From Octopus vulgaris (taxonomy: Eukaryota), in contig OX597822.1 in the NCBI GenBank assembly GCA_951406725.2, forward strand, positions 108,004,001 to 108,068,000: 64,000 nt of DNA, read 5' to 3'. Positions 41,346 to 55,524 of this stretch are shown here, piece by piece (the first letter of the stretch is position 1; each line of letters starts with the position of its first letter). The notes beneath the pieces were generated by a model that searched no databases, was not told the DNA's origin, and saw only the letters and a list, made by a program, of their open reading frames with translations. The position numbers were made by a program, and so were the translations under genes.

Positions 41346-41720
41346 GGCGCAGGAGTGGCTGTGTGGTAAGTAGCTTGCTAACCAACCACATGGTTGCGGG
41401 TTCAGTCCCACTGCGTGGCATCTTGGGCAAGTGTCTTCTGCTATAGCCCCGGGCCGACCAATGCCTTGTGAGTAGATTTGGTAGACGGAAACTGAAAGAA
41501 GCCTGTCGTATATATGTATATATATATATGAGTGTGTGTGTGTTTGTGTGTCTGTGTTTGTCCCCCACCCCAACATCGCTTGACAACAAGCGTTTCGGCA
41601 AAAGAGACTGATAGAATAAATACTGGGCTTACAAAGAATAAGTCCTGGGGTCGATTTGCTCGACTAAAGGCGGTGCTCCAGCATGGCCGCAGGCAAATGA
41701 CTGAAACAAGTAAAAGAATA
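41346..41720 (+). mobile_element. SINE family A with a small internal deletion
   Basis: Near-consensus head and tail; lacks the CCGATGCTGGTGTG segment. Confidence 0.85.
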
Positions 41721-42939
41721 AAAAAACAAAACAATAATAGTATTAAGAGGAACAGCGATAATAATGATAACAACAATAATGTTTACTTATTTTAGAAAGG
41801 TCATGTACCTCAGTACTTAACGGGTATTTTATTTTATTGACATAAAGTCGATCTCACGGGGATCTGATCGCTGCACATGAAAAGCCAGAAATACCGTAAA
41901 AATGTTGCTTTATCCACAAGCGTTTCTGTAACTCCATCTTCAAAACTGTTATCGCAAAATTTTTCTTCTGCAGCATTCTTTTTATCTGTTGCGTTTTTAT
42001 GCGTGTAATCATCTAAAAGCTACTAAAAAATATAAATCTTGTTGACATGGGTAAACTTGTCCTTTCAATCAACTTCTATTCGAAGGAATTTGTTTGATGG
42101 AGTCTAGTATGTTTTCTTATAACATGTGACATCTCCAGAAGCAATACTTTGCATGCACTTACAAACAAGCAAAAAGGCATTCATAAAAAATAAATTTGTC
42201 ACTGAAGGAGAGTCGAGTCAACCATTTATGACGAAATTATATCGAACGAATCAGAAGCATAAAAGCATTATGTAACAAGGGAAACGAACAGAAAATGAAT
42301 TAAGCCAAATGTATATTAGACAACTTTCCTTTGTCGACGGCTTGCCTTTGTAATATTCTCCTCGGATTGATCATAAAAAGGTTTAGCTTGCTGAAAATGT
42401 ATAGAGCAGATGATTAAATGCACTGCATTCCTTCGATATAAGAAATGTCACTGTGTCCTTTTAAACAATTGTCTGTTTTTAGAAACATATATTTGTATTT
42501 TGTTAATAAACAACAAGAAATGTAGGCTGTAGTATACTCTAGAACATTATTTGAGTTATGTTATGTCATGCTCACTGCTTTTCGGCCATTTTGACTTTTC
42601 ACCAAAGAACCCGGAGCAGAACGAGCAACATCGAATTGACCTGTACTTAATACCTTATATAGAAACAGGGGATATAAAGCGTTAAGTGAGTTTATTCTCA
42701 TTATATTTTAGCATGTATTTTATGGTACAGGAAAAGAAACAAAATTAAACGAATATCAAATAGGAATGGATTCAAAGCTGGTAATTCTCCATGTAACTTC
42801 CACAAAAATTGCTTTTCAGTTATATCTTAGTGCGTTCAAATATCAGCCGTATTTCAAAAGCACGTTCGATACAGCCATGTGCTCATAATACGTATACATT
42901 TTAGTATTTGAGAGTGACAATTATCCGGAAGGAAGAAAA

Positions 42940-43185
42940 TATTCTTCTTCCTCCCCTTCCTCCCCTTCCTCTTCTTTCGCCTCTCCTCCTTCTCCACCTC
43001 CTCTCCTTGTACTCGTCCTCCTCCACCTCTCCTTCCGTCTTCCCTTCCTTCTTCCTTCTTCTCTTCCCTTCCTTCTCCTCATCACCCTCGTCCTTCTCCT
43101 TGTCCTCCTCCTCCACAAACACCTCCTCTTCTTTCTTCTCCTTCTCACGCCCCTACTTCTCCTCCTCCTCCTCCTCCTCTTTCAT
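42940..43185. repeat. Polypyrimidine (CCT/CTT) low-complexity tract
   Basis: Read directly from the sequence. Confidence 0.9.
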
Positions 43186-44240
43186 TTATTTTTTTTCCTT
43201 TTTACTCAAACGCTTCGCCTACATTCACCTGTGATCATGGGTTTCTAGTTCCCCCTTACTTCTCCCCACTTACAACTTAGTATTTTCCAGCCATGCTCGT
43301 GACTTCCCGCGCTTTATATCAATTTCAGTTTTTTCAGTCGTCCCCAAGTGGTCAATGTTTATCCTCTGCATATGAAGTCCAGTTTCTGGCAAAGATCATT
43401 TAACGTAAAGGACACAAAGATTAGTGGCACTGATATATGGCGTGTGTAAAGGATGTAACGAAATTGGGAGATAAACATTATATACAACAACATCAACCAT
43501 ATTTTCCTTTAATAACTCAAAGTCAAACCGCCAATAAATATAAGACACATTCAGAATGCATGAAATCGTGAGAGTAGTGTGAATGAGGGTTGGCAAAGAT
43601 ATTTTCTCATAAAATAGTCATCTATTCAGTTTAAGCAGTCCATTTAGCTGCTTTACAGTCTCCCACACTATGATGGAATGTCTCTCTATATCGTCAGATG
43701 CTATATAGAACAAAAGAGCTTCTACGTAGCCTATTGGCAGAGCAGCTAAAATGTTTCCTTCATTATATATAAATATACATATATTTATATACATATACAT
43801 ATATTTATATATGTATATACATGCATATATAAATATAAATACGTGTGTACAGGACACCACAAATAGACGTAGAACTCAACGAGAAACGAAAACGTAAAAT
43901 CAGCATGGAACGGACCATTCCTTTAACAACGAAAAAACAGAGTATAAGACAACTACACAATCACCTTAAACAAAAGATGTACTGCATAATTCTTGATATA
44001 CAAAATGAAGAAAACGACAGACGGCATATATCCTTTCCGCCTAATAGAAGCTTGACCCGGGCTGGCGTAGGCTTAAACAGAGTGTACAAGAAAAATAATT
44101 TATGATTGATTCGATGCGACAAGGCAGGATTTTTTTCGGTCATACGTTCTGCTAGAAGCAACTGTCACAATTCACCCAAACATACATCTATTATTTTGAG
44201 TTGGATAACACAGTTAAGTCCATGCCGTAAGTGACAATAT

Positions 44241-44315
<75 letters not shown>

Positions 44316-45171
44316 ACACTCATACATACACTCATATGTAATAAATTGGGAGTAATCCTCCAGGAGAGAGTTGATAATCTTTTACATTTGCGTATAAAAT
44401 TTCATAAAATTGACACCAGACACTTTTGTATAAAGTCTATTACACAGAATCCATTTTGAAATGGCTGTCTTACTTGTGAGTGTTCGTATGACACAAGAGG
44501 ATTTTATATAGTAAAGGATATCAGTATAAATATCATGCATAAACGAATTTATAATATTAAATTTCACCCGTGGGGCAATAATTTCTAAAATCTTCAACCT
44601 AGATCTATGGCGCTCCATGGAAATGCTTTCTTTTTCTGAAGTTCTACAAATCTCATACGAAAAAATTTTCAATTGGTTTTTCGTAATATCATTTGGGTCG
44701 CTCGAGTATCTGCTAATGTAGTGGCGTAATGCGTCTAGTTTACAAACGTATTAGTTGATATCGTTAACGTATCTATCCAGGAACTATACAAAGCCGAATT
44801 TTGAATCAATTGCAATTTAGCTTTTAATAAGTGTTCGCCACAACCACCAACTTCCTCATTATAATCCTACCTGTCATGTTTAGTATAAACACCATCACTA
44901 ATATTAATATTACGGTTTCCAATAACTTTCAGGTATGTTAACAAAATCGTTTACATTAGTCCATTAGAACTACTTGTCTCGAACACAGTTTCATGGTTTT
45001 ATAAAGTGCATGTTCTTAATTTCGTGCATTAAATTTTTACATTCTTATTCCATATACATTTAAATAAAATATTTATAAAGTAATAATTATTTCTTTAATT
45101 GTGTACATCATTGTAATATACATTACTACTAAACTCTCTGTGTCTATTTTCCACATGCATATATGCAAGTA

Positions 45172-45217
<46 letters not shown>

Positions 45218-45339
45218 AATTACACACACACAAACAGACAGAAAGACACAAACATATATACCTTCCGACAATATCCATATGTACTGATGTTACGTAAAAA
45301 TCACTGTACCCGGATAGTATACGATACATTTACCATTCT

Positions 45340-46125
45340 ATGAATATCCCTAGTTAGATACCTCATCCGATTATGAGCTGCAAAAGTCACACGAGTTGAT
45401 ATCACGGCGCATCTGCTAGTCACTTCTAGTTTAAAAGTTACCCATTTGTAAATAGGAATCTAATCTTTATATTCTCCGAGTGATATGGCATACAAGTAGG
45501 AACATATGAAGAAACAACCGATGTCCTGGCCCTTACTGGATATACATTCCATGATTAAGCTAAATGTCCTCATAGTCAGATATGCAATATATCGTCTGTT
45601 GCATATGCAGCACACTTATGAGCAAACTCTGGTAATTGCCGGGAAGAAGACCAAACGTTATATTGTTATATTTAATCTGTGGAAGGAAAAGTTCAAATCT
45701 AGATACAATAACCATCTTTCAGCTTTTAAACACTCTGAGAAGACACATACAAAATCCCTCACTGCGTTAATATTAAAAGCCTAAAGACGCGAACATCCAA
45801 CACCATGGAATGGAAGATCTGTTTTAAGACCAAACCTAAAAATGGATCAGAAAGACGTTCCATAAAATTACTTGAAAAACTGTATCATTTAAAACACTTA
45901 AGAATCGCCATTGATTATATAATTACCGGGAGCGGTGCATGTTGACGGAACTTGGCAAATGAACCACCAGACACATGCGTTCTAATATTGATATATATAA
46001 ACTATTTTATATTCATAAAACACTAATTGAATTTACTGTGAGTTTAATTATTGCTCTTGTGTTACTCTAGGGCTAAATACATACGGTCTAAACAAACGTG
46101 GTCATTGAAACAGCTGTTACATCAA
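45340..46125 (+). pseudogene. Degenerate Penelope-like GIY-YIG 3' fragment
   Basis: Frameshifted translation KCPHSQICNISSVAYAA...YI...FKSRYNNHLSAFKH...SLTALI...EWKI parallels the intact element; GAAACAGCTGT hammerhead remnant near 46108. Confidence 0.7.
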
Positions 46126-46285
46126 ACGCAGTTACTAACCCGACTTGCTGCTTTTACCAGTTTGATAAATAGCGAAATGAATGAATATTACCGTCAGTAA
46201 AACATAGGTAATTATATTTTACAAGGCTTTTATTTGTACTTATCAGACACACACACAAGTACACACACACACAGACACAGACACA

Positions 46286-46394
<109 letters not shown>

Positions 46395-46469
46395 ATAAAA
46401 TGTTAGGGAATAAATCCAAACTTACTGGGAAAATCAGATTTAGGATTAAATCCAATTTTATAGTAAAAT

Positions 46470-46612
46470 ATTATATTATATTAAATTAGAGATAAAACCA
46501 CTTTTGATATATATTTAAAATAATATAAATTAATTAATTTTATGCATTGGCTTTTGTTTTTCATTGTTTGATTTGCCTAATAGTGGTTTTATCTCTAATT
46601 TAATATAATATA
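46470..46612. repeat. Inverted repeat (~30 bp arms, ~80 bp spacer)
   Basis: TATTATATTAAATTAGAGATAAAACCACT and AGTGGTTTTATCTCTAATTTAATATAATA. Confidence 0.8.
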
Positions 46613-47745
46613 TATTTATATACATATATTACAAAATCCTGGCAGATATAAAATAAGCACACAGTATAAAGGAATAAGGGTACATTTCCAAAAAAATAGA
46701 TACCAGTAAATGTATGTAGAGTAAGAATGCCAGGTAAATCCTCATGTATGACAAATAAATGCAACAATCCTTGTGCAGAATGTTAGGCACTTAGTTTGAA
46801 TAAATTAATTATGTATATCATTTACGTCTTTACGAAGCTATCGGAATTTCTATATGAGACAAAGCTCTTCTAGGTAAGTCATAATGCGTTACAAAGCAAA
46901 GGCCTATAAGATGTGTATTAGATTAGTGTCCCAATCGCAATTAAATTTCACCTTGTATGCACTATAAATTATTTGTTCTTCGTTAAACGTATGGTTACCA
47001 TAGAACCTTGACTATGTAACTAAAGAATATGCGAGAATATACGTATTTCATTTCTAAAATATACCTATTTTGTTCTGAAATATACGGGTTTTTTTCTGAA
47101 ATATACGTATTTTTTTTCTGAATGGAGTACTAAAAATAGTACTCAAAAAAACTACCTTTGAAAGGAGTGTAAAATTTATTGTTGGTATTTGAGAATCTCT
47201 TCATCCGAATAAATTTTGTTGCGTTTTTACTATTTCTGAGTTATTTCGTTATGAGAATGTTGGACAAGCAATTTTCTCATTCAGAGCAAGCAATATTCAG
47301 CAATCTCAAGTCTCAAAGTCTCGTCTTCTGGCACTTACTGCTCCAAGAAACATTAATTTCTGTATCAGCCTCATGCAAGTTTTGAGTCATTGTTCAGCCA
47401 ACCAGGTTTTGAAATTAAATTGTTGGTTACATTTTCGAACGCGCCAACAACGGCTGGAATTATACATGCTTATTTTAATTCCATATACTTTAAATTTGCT
47501 GTCTCTGACCAATGTAGATAGTTATAATTCCTTCCGCGTTACAGCTTACATTGCCGTACCTGGGAATTGTATATATCAATAATGTCATATAATCTGTCTT
47601 TCTTGTACACGGCCAAATATCTGGCCTTCTATGTTCACTGACATAGTCGGTTTGTATATTAAATTACAAGAAGACAAATTTCAATATTGATATTCTCCAT
47701 AAGTACTTGTAGGCTGTGGTCAAACTATTTGTATGTCTAGAGTAA

Positions 47746-47828
47746 TTCTTCTTCTTCTTCTTCTTCTTCTTCTTCTTCTTCTTCTTCTTCTTCTTCTTCT
47801 TCTTCTTCTTCTTCTTCTTCTTCTTCTT

Positions 47829-47857
<29 letters not shown>
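47746..47857. repeat. Pure (CTT)n microsatellite
   Basis: Read directly from the sequence. Confidence 0.95.
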
Positions 47858-47859
<2 letters not shown>

Positions 47860-47874
47860 ATAATAATAATATTC

Positions 47875-47912
<38 letters not shown>

Positions 47913-49555
47913 CATACGTACACGCATTCTATATCAGTATACGTTTAAATGTTATATATACATACCTATATACATATAATATACGTGTGCGTGTGTGTAT
48001 GTATGTGTGTGTTACTTTAATTTTACTGTATTCCACTCTCTTCGTATATAACACAATATGCTAATTTTAAACAGTTACAAAACGGATCTCGAAATTTGCT
48101 CTCTCCGCTATTATATGTCATAAAATATAAATGACTTTATATTGAAACATATATTTTTTTCGGTGTATCATAATCTACGGTCTAAATTGAAGATATCCCT
48201 AACCAGCGTAGGTGTAATTATCTATGATGTCTCGATGCCTGAATTTATTGTTTAATAAATGTTATTTAACGTAGAATATAGTGTAGAAGAAATTTCCAGT
48301 ATTGCAACAATCGTTGACAAAATCGATTATGTCATTTGGGCTCATCATTTATTGTCTTGGATTGAAATTGAACTGCAAGCATATTTACATATTTCTTCCG
48401 CTATTTCAAAACGTACACGCTAGGTAAATTTTAATTAAATAGAATTTATATCTTCTTCACAACTATGGTGATTAACCTTGTAAATGTAAATAAATCTTAT
48501 TTGAGGTGAGCACTGCTCAAATAATCTTTGCAAATAATTCGGTTTTCATTCGCTGTTTCACAGCTCCTTAAATCCATAATAATAGCTAATATAAACGCCG
48601 TATTACCCAACTATTAATGCCTCCTGAATAAATCTGCGATATTCCTGCAGCATATATTCAATAAGTTTACTTGGTGTATACTTAAATCTCATGTTAAAAT
48701 CTTCAGAAAAGATGAAATATTAACATAATTATCTTGGAATTTAATCATGCGTTATAAATATTCCCTATGATATAAGCTTTAAATCTATACAACTCAAATT
48801 TCTACTTGAAATATGAAGAGCAAAGCGTGGCAGGATATTATACAATAATTCATGAGAAATTTAATTTCTTAGGAAAGATTGCGCTATATGAAACTAATAT
48901 ATAAATATATTGAAATATTTTTCATCTAATGACGCTATAGCTTTATGTAACACTGTAGAATAAACTCAGGATAATTGTCGTCTCTTAACACATAAATTTC
49001 TCTTCCCATGGTAGCGGTAAAACCAGCAACAATCTCTTTTAGGATTAATAGCATTTATCAATGTATAACAGAAAAATATCTCCATGCAAATCTTCATAAA
49101 GTATAACTTAGTTTACATTTAAAAAATAATGGTTACATATTTACTTTGTATTAATATCGTTTTCTTCTGTCGGACACGATCATTACACTCTTCTTCATTA
49201 CTGTATGCAAACATGTATATGTGAGTGAATGTTGGATGCAGCTAAGTATGTATATATATATTGGAAGGTTTGGAGATGATGTACAGGTATTTTATATTAG
49301 AAGAAATGAAGTACTCAGAAAATCGGATGCTTTTATAGTTACAGATATTTATATGTATACTCTTTTACTTGTTTCAGTGGCCATTTGACTGTGGCCATGC
49401 TGGAACAACTCAACCCCGGGACTTATTCTTTGTAAGCCCAGTACTTATTTTATCGGTCTCTTTTGCCGAACCGCTAGGTGACGGGGACATAAACACACCA
49501 GCATCAGTTGTCAAGCAATGCTAGGGGAACAAACACAGACACACAAACAAATACA

Positions 49556-49612
<57 letters not shown>

Positions 49613-49614
<2 letters not shown>

Positions 49615-50104
49615 CGGGAAGCTTTATGAAAATAGACAAAAGACGAAGGCAGGTGGAAAACAAACAAACAATTGTATTAGTATGGCGCTCAGGAAATATA
49701 AATAAAACAAGTCTTTAACGTTTCGAGCCTACGCTCTTCAACAGAAAGATACACAGAGAGAAAAAACACAGAAAGAAGGAGAGAAAAAAATGCGTGCAGT
49801 AACTAACGAATCAACATGGCGATCTGATTTCGGCCAGAGGTCAAAGATCAAACATGAGACGCGAGAGCGAAATAAGGGGAGATAATAGGGTTGATAATAG
49901 GGTTGAATGACCCTAGGATAGGTCTGGACAGGCGTATGTAGGGGGTTGGTGTAAGTATTAGTATGTATTAGTATGTATTAGTACGTATTAGTATGTATAA
50001 GTGTGTGTGTGTATGAGAGAGTATAAGTGCGTATGAGGGGTCTGGACGTGTGTATGTATAGGGTTGGTGTATGTATTAGTATGTATTAGTATGTATTAGT
50101 ACAT

Positions 50105-50110
<6 letters not shown>
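49613..50110 (-). mobile_element. Non-coding hammerhead-bearing insert (PLE pLTR or retrozyme-like) nested in the (TA)n of a SINE
   Basis: Splits the SINE at 49359-50320 inside its TA tract; contains the 49711-49750 motif and an internal ~118 bp-spaced duplication with GTATTAGTAT repeats. Confidence 0.6.
49711..49750 (-). ncRNA. Minimal type I hammerhead-like ribozyme (CUGUUGA core variant)
   Basis: Minus strand reads TCTTT-CTGTTGA-A-GAGC-GTAG-GCTC-GAAA-CG-TT-AAAGA: 5 bp stem I, 4 bp stem II, AACGTT palindrome for a dimeric stem III. Confidence 0.7.
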
Positions 50111-50149
<39 letters not shown>

Positions 50150-50775
50150 CATATATACGACAGGATTCTTTCAGTTTCCGTCTACCAAATCCACTCACAA
50201 GGCATTGGTCGGCCCGGGGCTATAGCAGAAGACACTTGCCCAAGATGCCACGCAGTGGGAGTGAACCCAGAACCATGTGGTTGGTTAGTAAGCTACTTAC
50301 CACACAGCCACTCCTGCGCCTATATGTATATTACATGTTTTTATACATAATATAACTTAGATCATGTATTAGCGCTCTCTTCCATTCTAGTGGGATTTTC
50401 AAATCAAACTAAGTTCCTGTGTGAAAAGTTTTGACCATTTTATAGTGGTATTGAGTTTGTAGTGGTGGGGAGATATAAATAATCTCCAAATTTAGCCCGA
50501 CCATACACACACAAAACCACACACACTACAGCACCCCGCCCACATACATGCAAATAGAAGTATATATATATAAGTATGTATTTAAATGAAAGATCTTCAA
50601 AAGTTTCTTGCCCCTTAAGATCAGTATTTCCATTTTTATTCTTCAGATTGTGAATAACGAATTATACATCAACCTAAACTCAGTTATAATCAACTGTGAA
50701 CAACATACATTAGAAATATGGAAAATTGAATAAGTCAATACAAATCAGATATATTTATATCAACTTCATCAATTA

Positions 50776-50907
50776 TTAGGTTGTCCCAAAAGTTCGTAAA
50801 CACTTGCGAAAATTGAATTTTTACTCGCCAAGTACTAACAAAAATTATTCCTCAAAATAAAGACCATTATTTTCCAAGACTTTCTACGAACTTTTGGGAC
50901 AACCTTA
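50776..50907. mobile_element. Mariner-type MITE (~132 bp)
   Basis: TIRs TTAGGTTGTCCCAAAAGTTCGTA and TACGAACTTTTGGGACAACCTTA with flanking TA. Confidence 0.85.
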
Positions 50908-51949
50908 TAGTTTCCTCCGCGGTCATGTTCTACATCATTTTGCATCCGATTACTCAAGCAGAAAAAACAGCTTTTCGATAGTTGCCTGCTAAAGGTACTG
51001 CTTGAAAATAAAGTTCATGCTTGAAAAGGCAAACAAGAAGAACTGATGAAATACTACGGTGATAGTAAGACCTAAATTATTCTATCCAACACTAAATTTC
51101 TTAGCTCCATGACAGATGCGGTGGCCAGGCACACAAGAACAATTGTACTCTCCATAACGTATTATCAGACATTTAAACGATTTATTCTTCACCGTGCTCA
51201 AAGAAAAATTTAGAAGTAAACTGCCGTCAAATTTTTTCATTATTTCCGAAAAAAAACAAAACAAAACATGAAAATGGAAAGAATTAATTTGAGACAAACT
51301 GTACAAACATGATATAATTATATTTTATTCACCGATGGTGTTCTCCGACGAACTTTTTTTTTTTTTTGTTTCTGTTTTTCCTTTGTCAGGGCTCAGGAGA
51401 AATGAAATTATATTTAGACATAGAATGTTTTTGCCTTCACCGCTTCTTCAATAATAAGCGCGAATATGTGTATGTATCTATAATTGTGTGACTACGCCCG
51501 ATCTTCTCAATACGCGTGCGCTTCTAGAGTTTGACTGTATGTGTGAGTTGTGAGTGTGTATGTGTGCGAGTTGTGTGTGTGTGTGTGTACGTCAATGTAT
51601 GTGTATAAGGACTATAGTTTTGTAATTTATATCGGCGCAAGATACAAATATTGGAGAGAGAAAAATCAATAACATACCGTTTTCAAACACAGAAAGGGTT
51701 TCGCAGACAATCTCTTATCACCACCCTCACCTTTGTAAACAGACGGAACCAGTGACTGGCCGCTTAGAAATATGTAACCACGAAGCTGTTATTAAAAAAA
51801 ATGTGATAAGAAATAAATATAAAAGAATAACTATAAGTTTATTTGTCAGATGATTTACTGGTGCCTATATTTAACACTGTTGCGAGATAATGTGTATTTT
51901 TCTTGATTTCCCTTGTGATTCATTTTATAGCAATATTTTATTTACTGAA

Positions 51950-52555
51950 GAGAAGGAACTGGAAGAATTGTTACCGCCTCCGTCAAAATGCTTAGCGGTA
52001 TTTCTTCTGGCGAGCTGGCAGAAACTTTAGCACGCCGGGCGAAATGCTTAGCGGTATTTCGTCTGCCGTTACGTTCTGAATTCAAATTACGCCGAGGTCG
52101 ACTTTGCCTTTCATCCTTTCGGGGTCGATAAATTAAGTACCAGTTACGCACTGGGGTCGATGTGATCGACTGAATCCGTTTGTCTCCTCTGTGTTTAGCC
52201 CCTTGTGGGTAGTAAAGAAATAGGTATTTCGTCTGCCGTTACGTTCTGAGTTCAAATTACGCCGAGGTCGTCTTTGTCTTTCATCATTTCGGGGTCGATA
52301 AATTAAGTACCAGTTACGCACTGGGGTCGATGTGATCGACTGAATCCGTTTGTCCCCTCTGTGTTTAGCCCCTTGTGGGTAGTAAAGGAATAGGTATTTC
52401 TTCTGGCTTTACGTTTAATGAGTTCAAGTTGTATCGGGATCGGCTTTGCATTTCATCCTTCCGCAGTCGATAAAAGTATTACCAACTAAGTACAGGGGTT
52501 GATGTAATCGATTTATCCCCTCTCCCGATATCGTTGGCCTAGTGCCAAAACTTGA
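51950..52555 (+). mobile_element. Young SINE family B dimer (170 bp period) nested in an older family B copy
   Basis: Units at 52009-52222 and 52223-52392; the 15 bp GGTATTTCTTCTGGC occurs at 51997-52011 and 52393-52407. Confidence 0.85.
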
Positions 52556-54774
52556 ATGAAGCATTTTATTTCCTTATTTTTGTATTGCTGTTAATTGGAC
52601 AGAAGGCTGTTTCAAATCCACAAGTTCTCCCAAACCGCTTAGAATGTCTACCTTAATATTGCTCACAAAAACTTGCAAAATGACGACAGCATAAAGAGAT
52701 GTGGATATGTAATTCTAACTGGACGGTCTTCTGTGGCAGAATGAATTTGAATTTAATCAATATAAAGCAAGGGTGGTGTGCGGGTAAATCGTTACCGCTT
52801 CGAACAAAATGCTTAGGGGCATCACTTTTGACTTCACGCTCCGAGTTCAAATAACGATGGGTTCAATAAAATATGTACTAGTTGGCAACTAGGGTCGATG
52901 TAATTGACTTGCTCACCTTCCAAGAAATAGCTGGCTTTGTCCCAAAAGTTTGAAACCAATATTAGTATGGTGGCCGGGTGAATTTTGTTTACATATTGCA
53001 TATCAGGAAACAGGTGAATTTGAACTCGTTCTGTAGAGGTAACACGATAAAAGCCAGCTCCGACGAGTAGTTGCTACTGTTAAGACTATGAAAACCAGAG
53101 AGAAGATACAACATATCTATGAGCGAAGTGGTTTACATGTATCGTTAAGCGACTTCGCGGCGATGAATCATCTCCTGTAATAAATGTTCTAGCCAGAAAT
53201 TCATGTATGCAATCCAAAGACTACTGATGCATGAAAGATTACGGTAGTGTATTCATACGTTAAACACATATGATTGTTGAATATATTAGATATCATTCCG
53301 TTCTGTCGAAAATGAAGACAATGTTTAAAATCTGACTCACTATTATAGGAAATAATATTTCTCACTCTTATGAAAAAAAATATAGTTAATTAAATTTGTT
53401 CAGCATTTATTTAGAGGAATCGTCTGAAGTTGTAAACACGCTATTTACACTTTGATTGGATAATATATATATCAAATAAAAATATTATTCCTATTCTACT
53501 TGTGAGCAGAATGATTTATCGTGATGTGTTTTGTATATGTTAACAAATGTTAGCATAACCTGAGTAAAAAAAAATCGTTTTCAGTTAATCATAGAATATT
53601 GATTGAATTAAATGAAGAATATCTAAACTATGTAAATAATTTGGAGAACGAAATACCAAACATTTATATAATGAAATGTTCAATCGTAAATACTAATAGC
53701 GATAAATGAATCGTATATATTCCACAGACAATTAGACGGGAAACTAAAATGAAACACGCTTTTCCCGTACAACTGTACACATTCGTAAACGAGTAATAAG
53801 AGAAAATGACAAAAAGAAATTCATCCAAAATTAAAGATAACAAGAATGAGAGAATTTAAAGAATAATATAATCAGTCATATGATATTTTCTGAAAGTCAA
53901 TTTTGAATTGGAAATTTATTCTGTTTCAATATTGCTGTTTTTTATAATGCAATTGATATTTCGAACTATTGTATTTTTGTTCCTGTCTGGATTGGTTTGA
54001 AGAGGAAACTGAAGTTAACAGTCAGAGTTTCGTTATGACATAGAGAAAATAATTCCGATCTCATGAGAGTTCTGCAAATAAACAGTTTTAATGATGATGC
54101 AACACAGAACAATGCGGACAATTTGATGTGATTTATTACAATAAAACATTTGCAAAGAAAGGTGATGTTATTTACTATCAGAATTCTAGTAAACGAAAAT
54201 TCTCCTCGATTTCCAAATGTCGAGAATTCCACTATAGAATGGGGAATTCTTTAATTTCTATTAGTTGTTATTTGTTGTTGCTATTAAATAAAAACAAATG
54301 TTAGATCATCGAAATTTTGTTACAGCATTGGCAGCAAGCTGAATAAATACGTTATAAAACGACTCGTTTCTTTTTTAGTTGAAGTAACATTACAGCTAAA
54401 TATTTAGTTAGGTTTAATAACCGATTCATATTATATTCAATGTATAAAAAGTTATACAGCTATAATAACAATTTGTTTAGCAATAAAGGAAGAGACACTG
54501 CGTATTTATGTGCGTGAACGTATGCGTGTCTATGTGTGTGCGTGTGCGTGTGCGTGTTACAATTGCAATATATAAAAGACGATGAATACAACACAGTATA
54601 TGATATATATCAGTTATTCCTTACCTTTTCGTTTAAGTTCATGGCATGCAAACATGCTAAGGCCCCGAATTGAAGGGCCGTACATACACAAAACAACATC
54701 GGTTGTCAGTCAGTAAGGATGCGCGAGAAACACAAACGCAGAGATCCACTTACATAAACACAAGCACACATACA

Positions 54775-54843
<69 letters not shown>

Positions 54844-55029
54844 CGAGAAATTGAGGTTATAAGAGATAATGGTCTCATTAAGACCAAAAGGTGTCAGGTA
54901 ATGCTGAATAAGTGCTATAGACAGACCATATTTAAGTTCCAGATTCGGTAATTTTGCGAATAAAGGGTTCAACGTTGGTTCTATGTCAGCGTGTGTATCT
55001 AAATATTTATTGCGTAATGCGATAAAAAA

Positions 55030-55355
55030 AAAACCAAGGCTGTGTAGATATTAGAACATGTATAGATAGAAGGTCTTACAGCTGTTTCCAGGATATTTAT
55101 TAATTACATCCTTTCATCGGAGACAGTGTGAGAATTTATACACAGTGTTGTAGAGTCTCTATATTTGGAAGGAACCATTTTAAACTCTGTTGGACTTTCA
55201 GACTTTAGTCATATGGTATTGGAATATTACATATATCCCATTCTGCCTAAAAAAGTGAATCTGCAACTTCAGTATCCTTACATATCTTGCATCTATTTTC
55301 TTTCCCCGACCTCACTCTTTATTTTGTATCACATCTAAAATAACTATGACTCTCT
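55030..55355. mobile_element. PLE pLTR-like relic in an inverted arrangement (hammerhead part on minus, upstream part on plus)
   Basis: The two halves match 26990-27190 in opposite orientations. Confidence 0.55.
55073..55124 (-). ncRNA. Type I hammerhead-like ribozyme (CCGAUGA core variant)
   Basis: Minus strand reads GTCT-CCGATGA-A-AGGATGT-aattaataa-ATATCCT-G-GAAA-CAGCTG-TA-AGAC. Confidence 0.7.
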
Positions 55356-55468
55356 ACTTGGAATGACCAAGTTTAAAAACTGCAGGATCTCACTCATATG
55401 GGAATCTTACATTGTATATAAACTTTATCTAACTCTATTTACTTACATTCATTCATATATATATATAC

Positions 55469-55524
<56 letters not shown>

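Larger units (their letters stand above)
49359..50320 (-). mobile_element. SINE family A split by a nested insert
   Basis: Tail half at 49359-49560 and head half at 50155-50320, both on the minus strand. Confidence 0.85.

Noticed and set aside
38733-41795. Recurring short ORFs such as HAGAPPL, FRLPNPLTR and CHAVGLNP
   Set aside because: Incidental reading frames of SINE family A copies
43625-43770. CTGACGA on the minus strand
   Set aside because: No downstream GAAA or three-stem arrangement
49878-49905. GATAATAGGGTT repeated twice, telomere-like
   Set aside because: Not a TTAGGG array; an internal duplication of the nested element
51082-51306. Minus-strand ORF with an EGF-like YGEYNCSCVPGH
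   Set aside because: Incomplete cysteine spacing; the pyrimidine tract ends in CGG rather than AG; no supporting neighbouring exons
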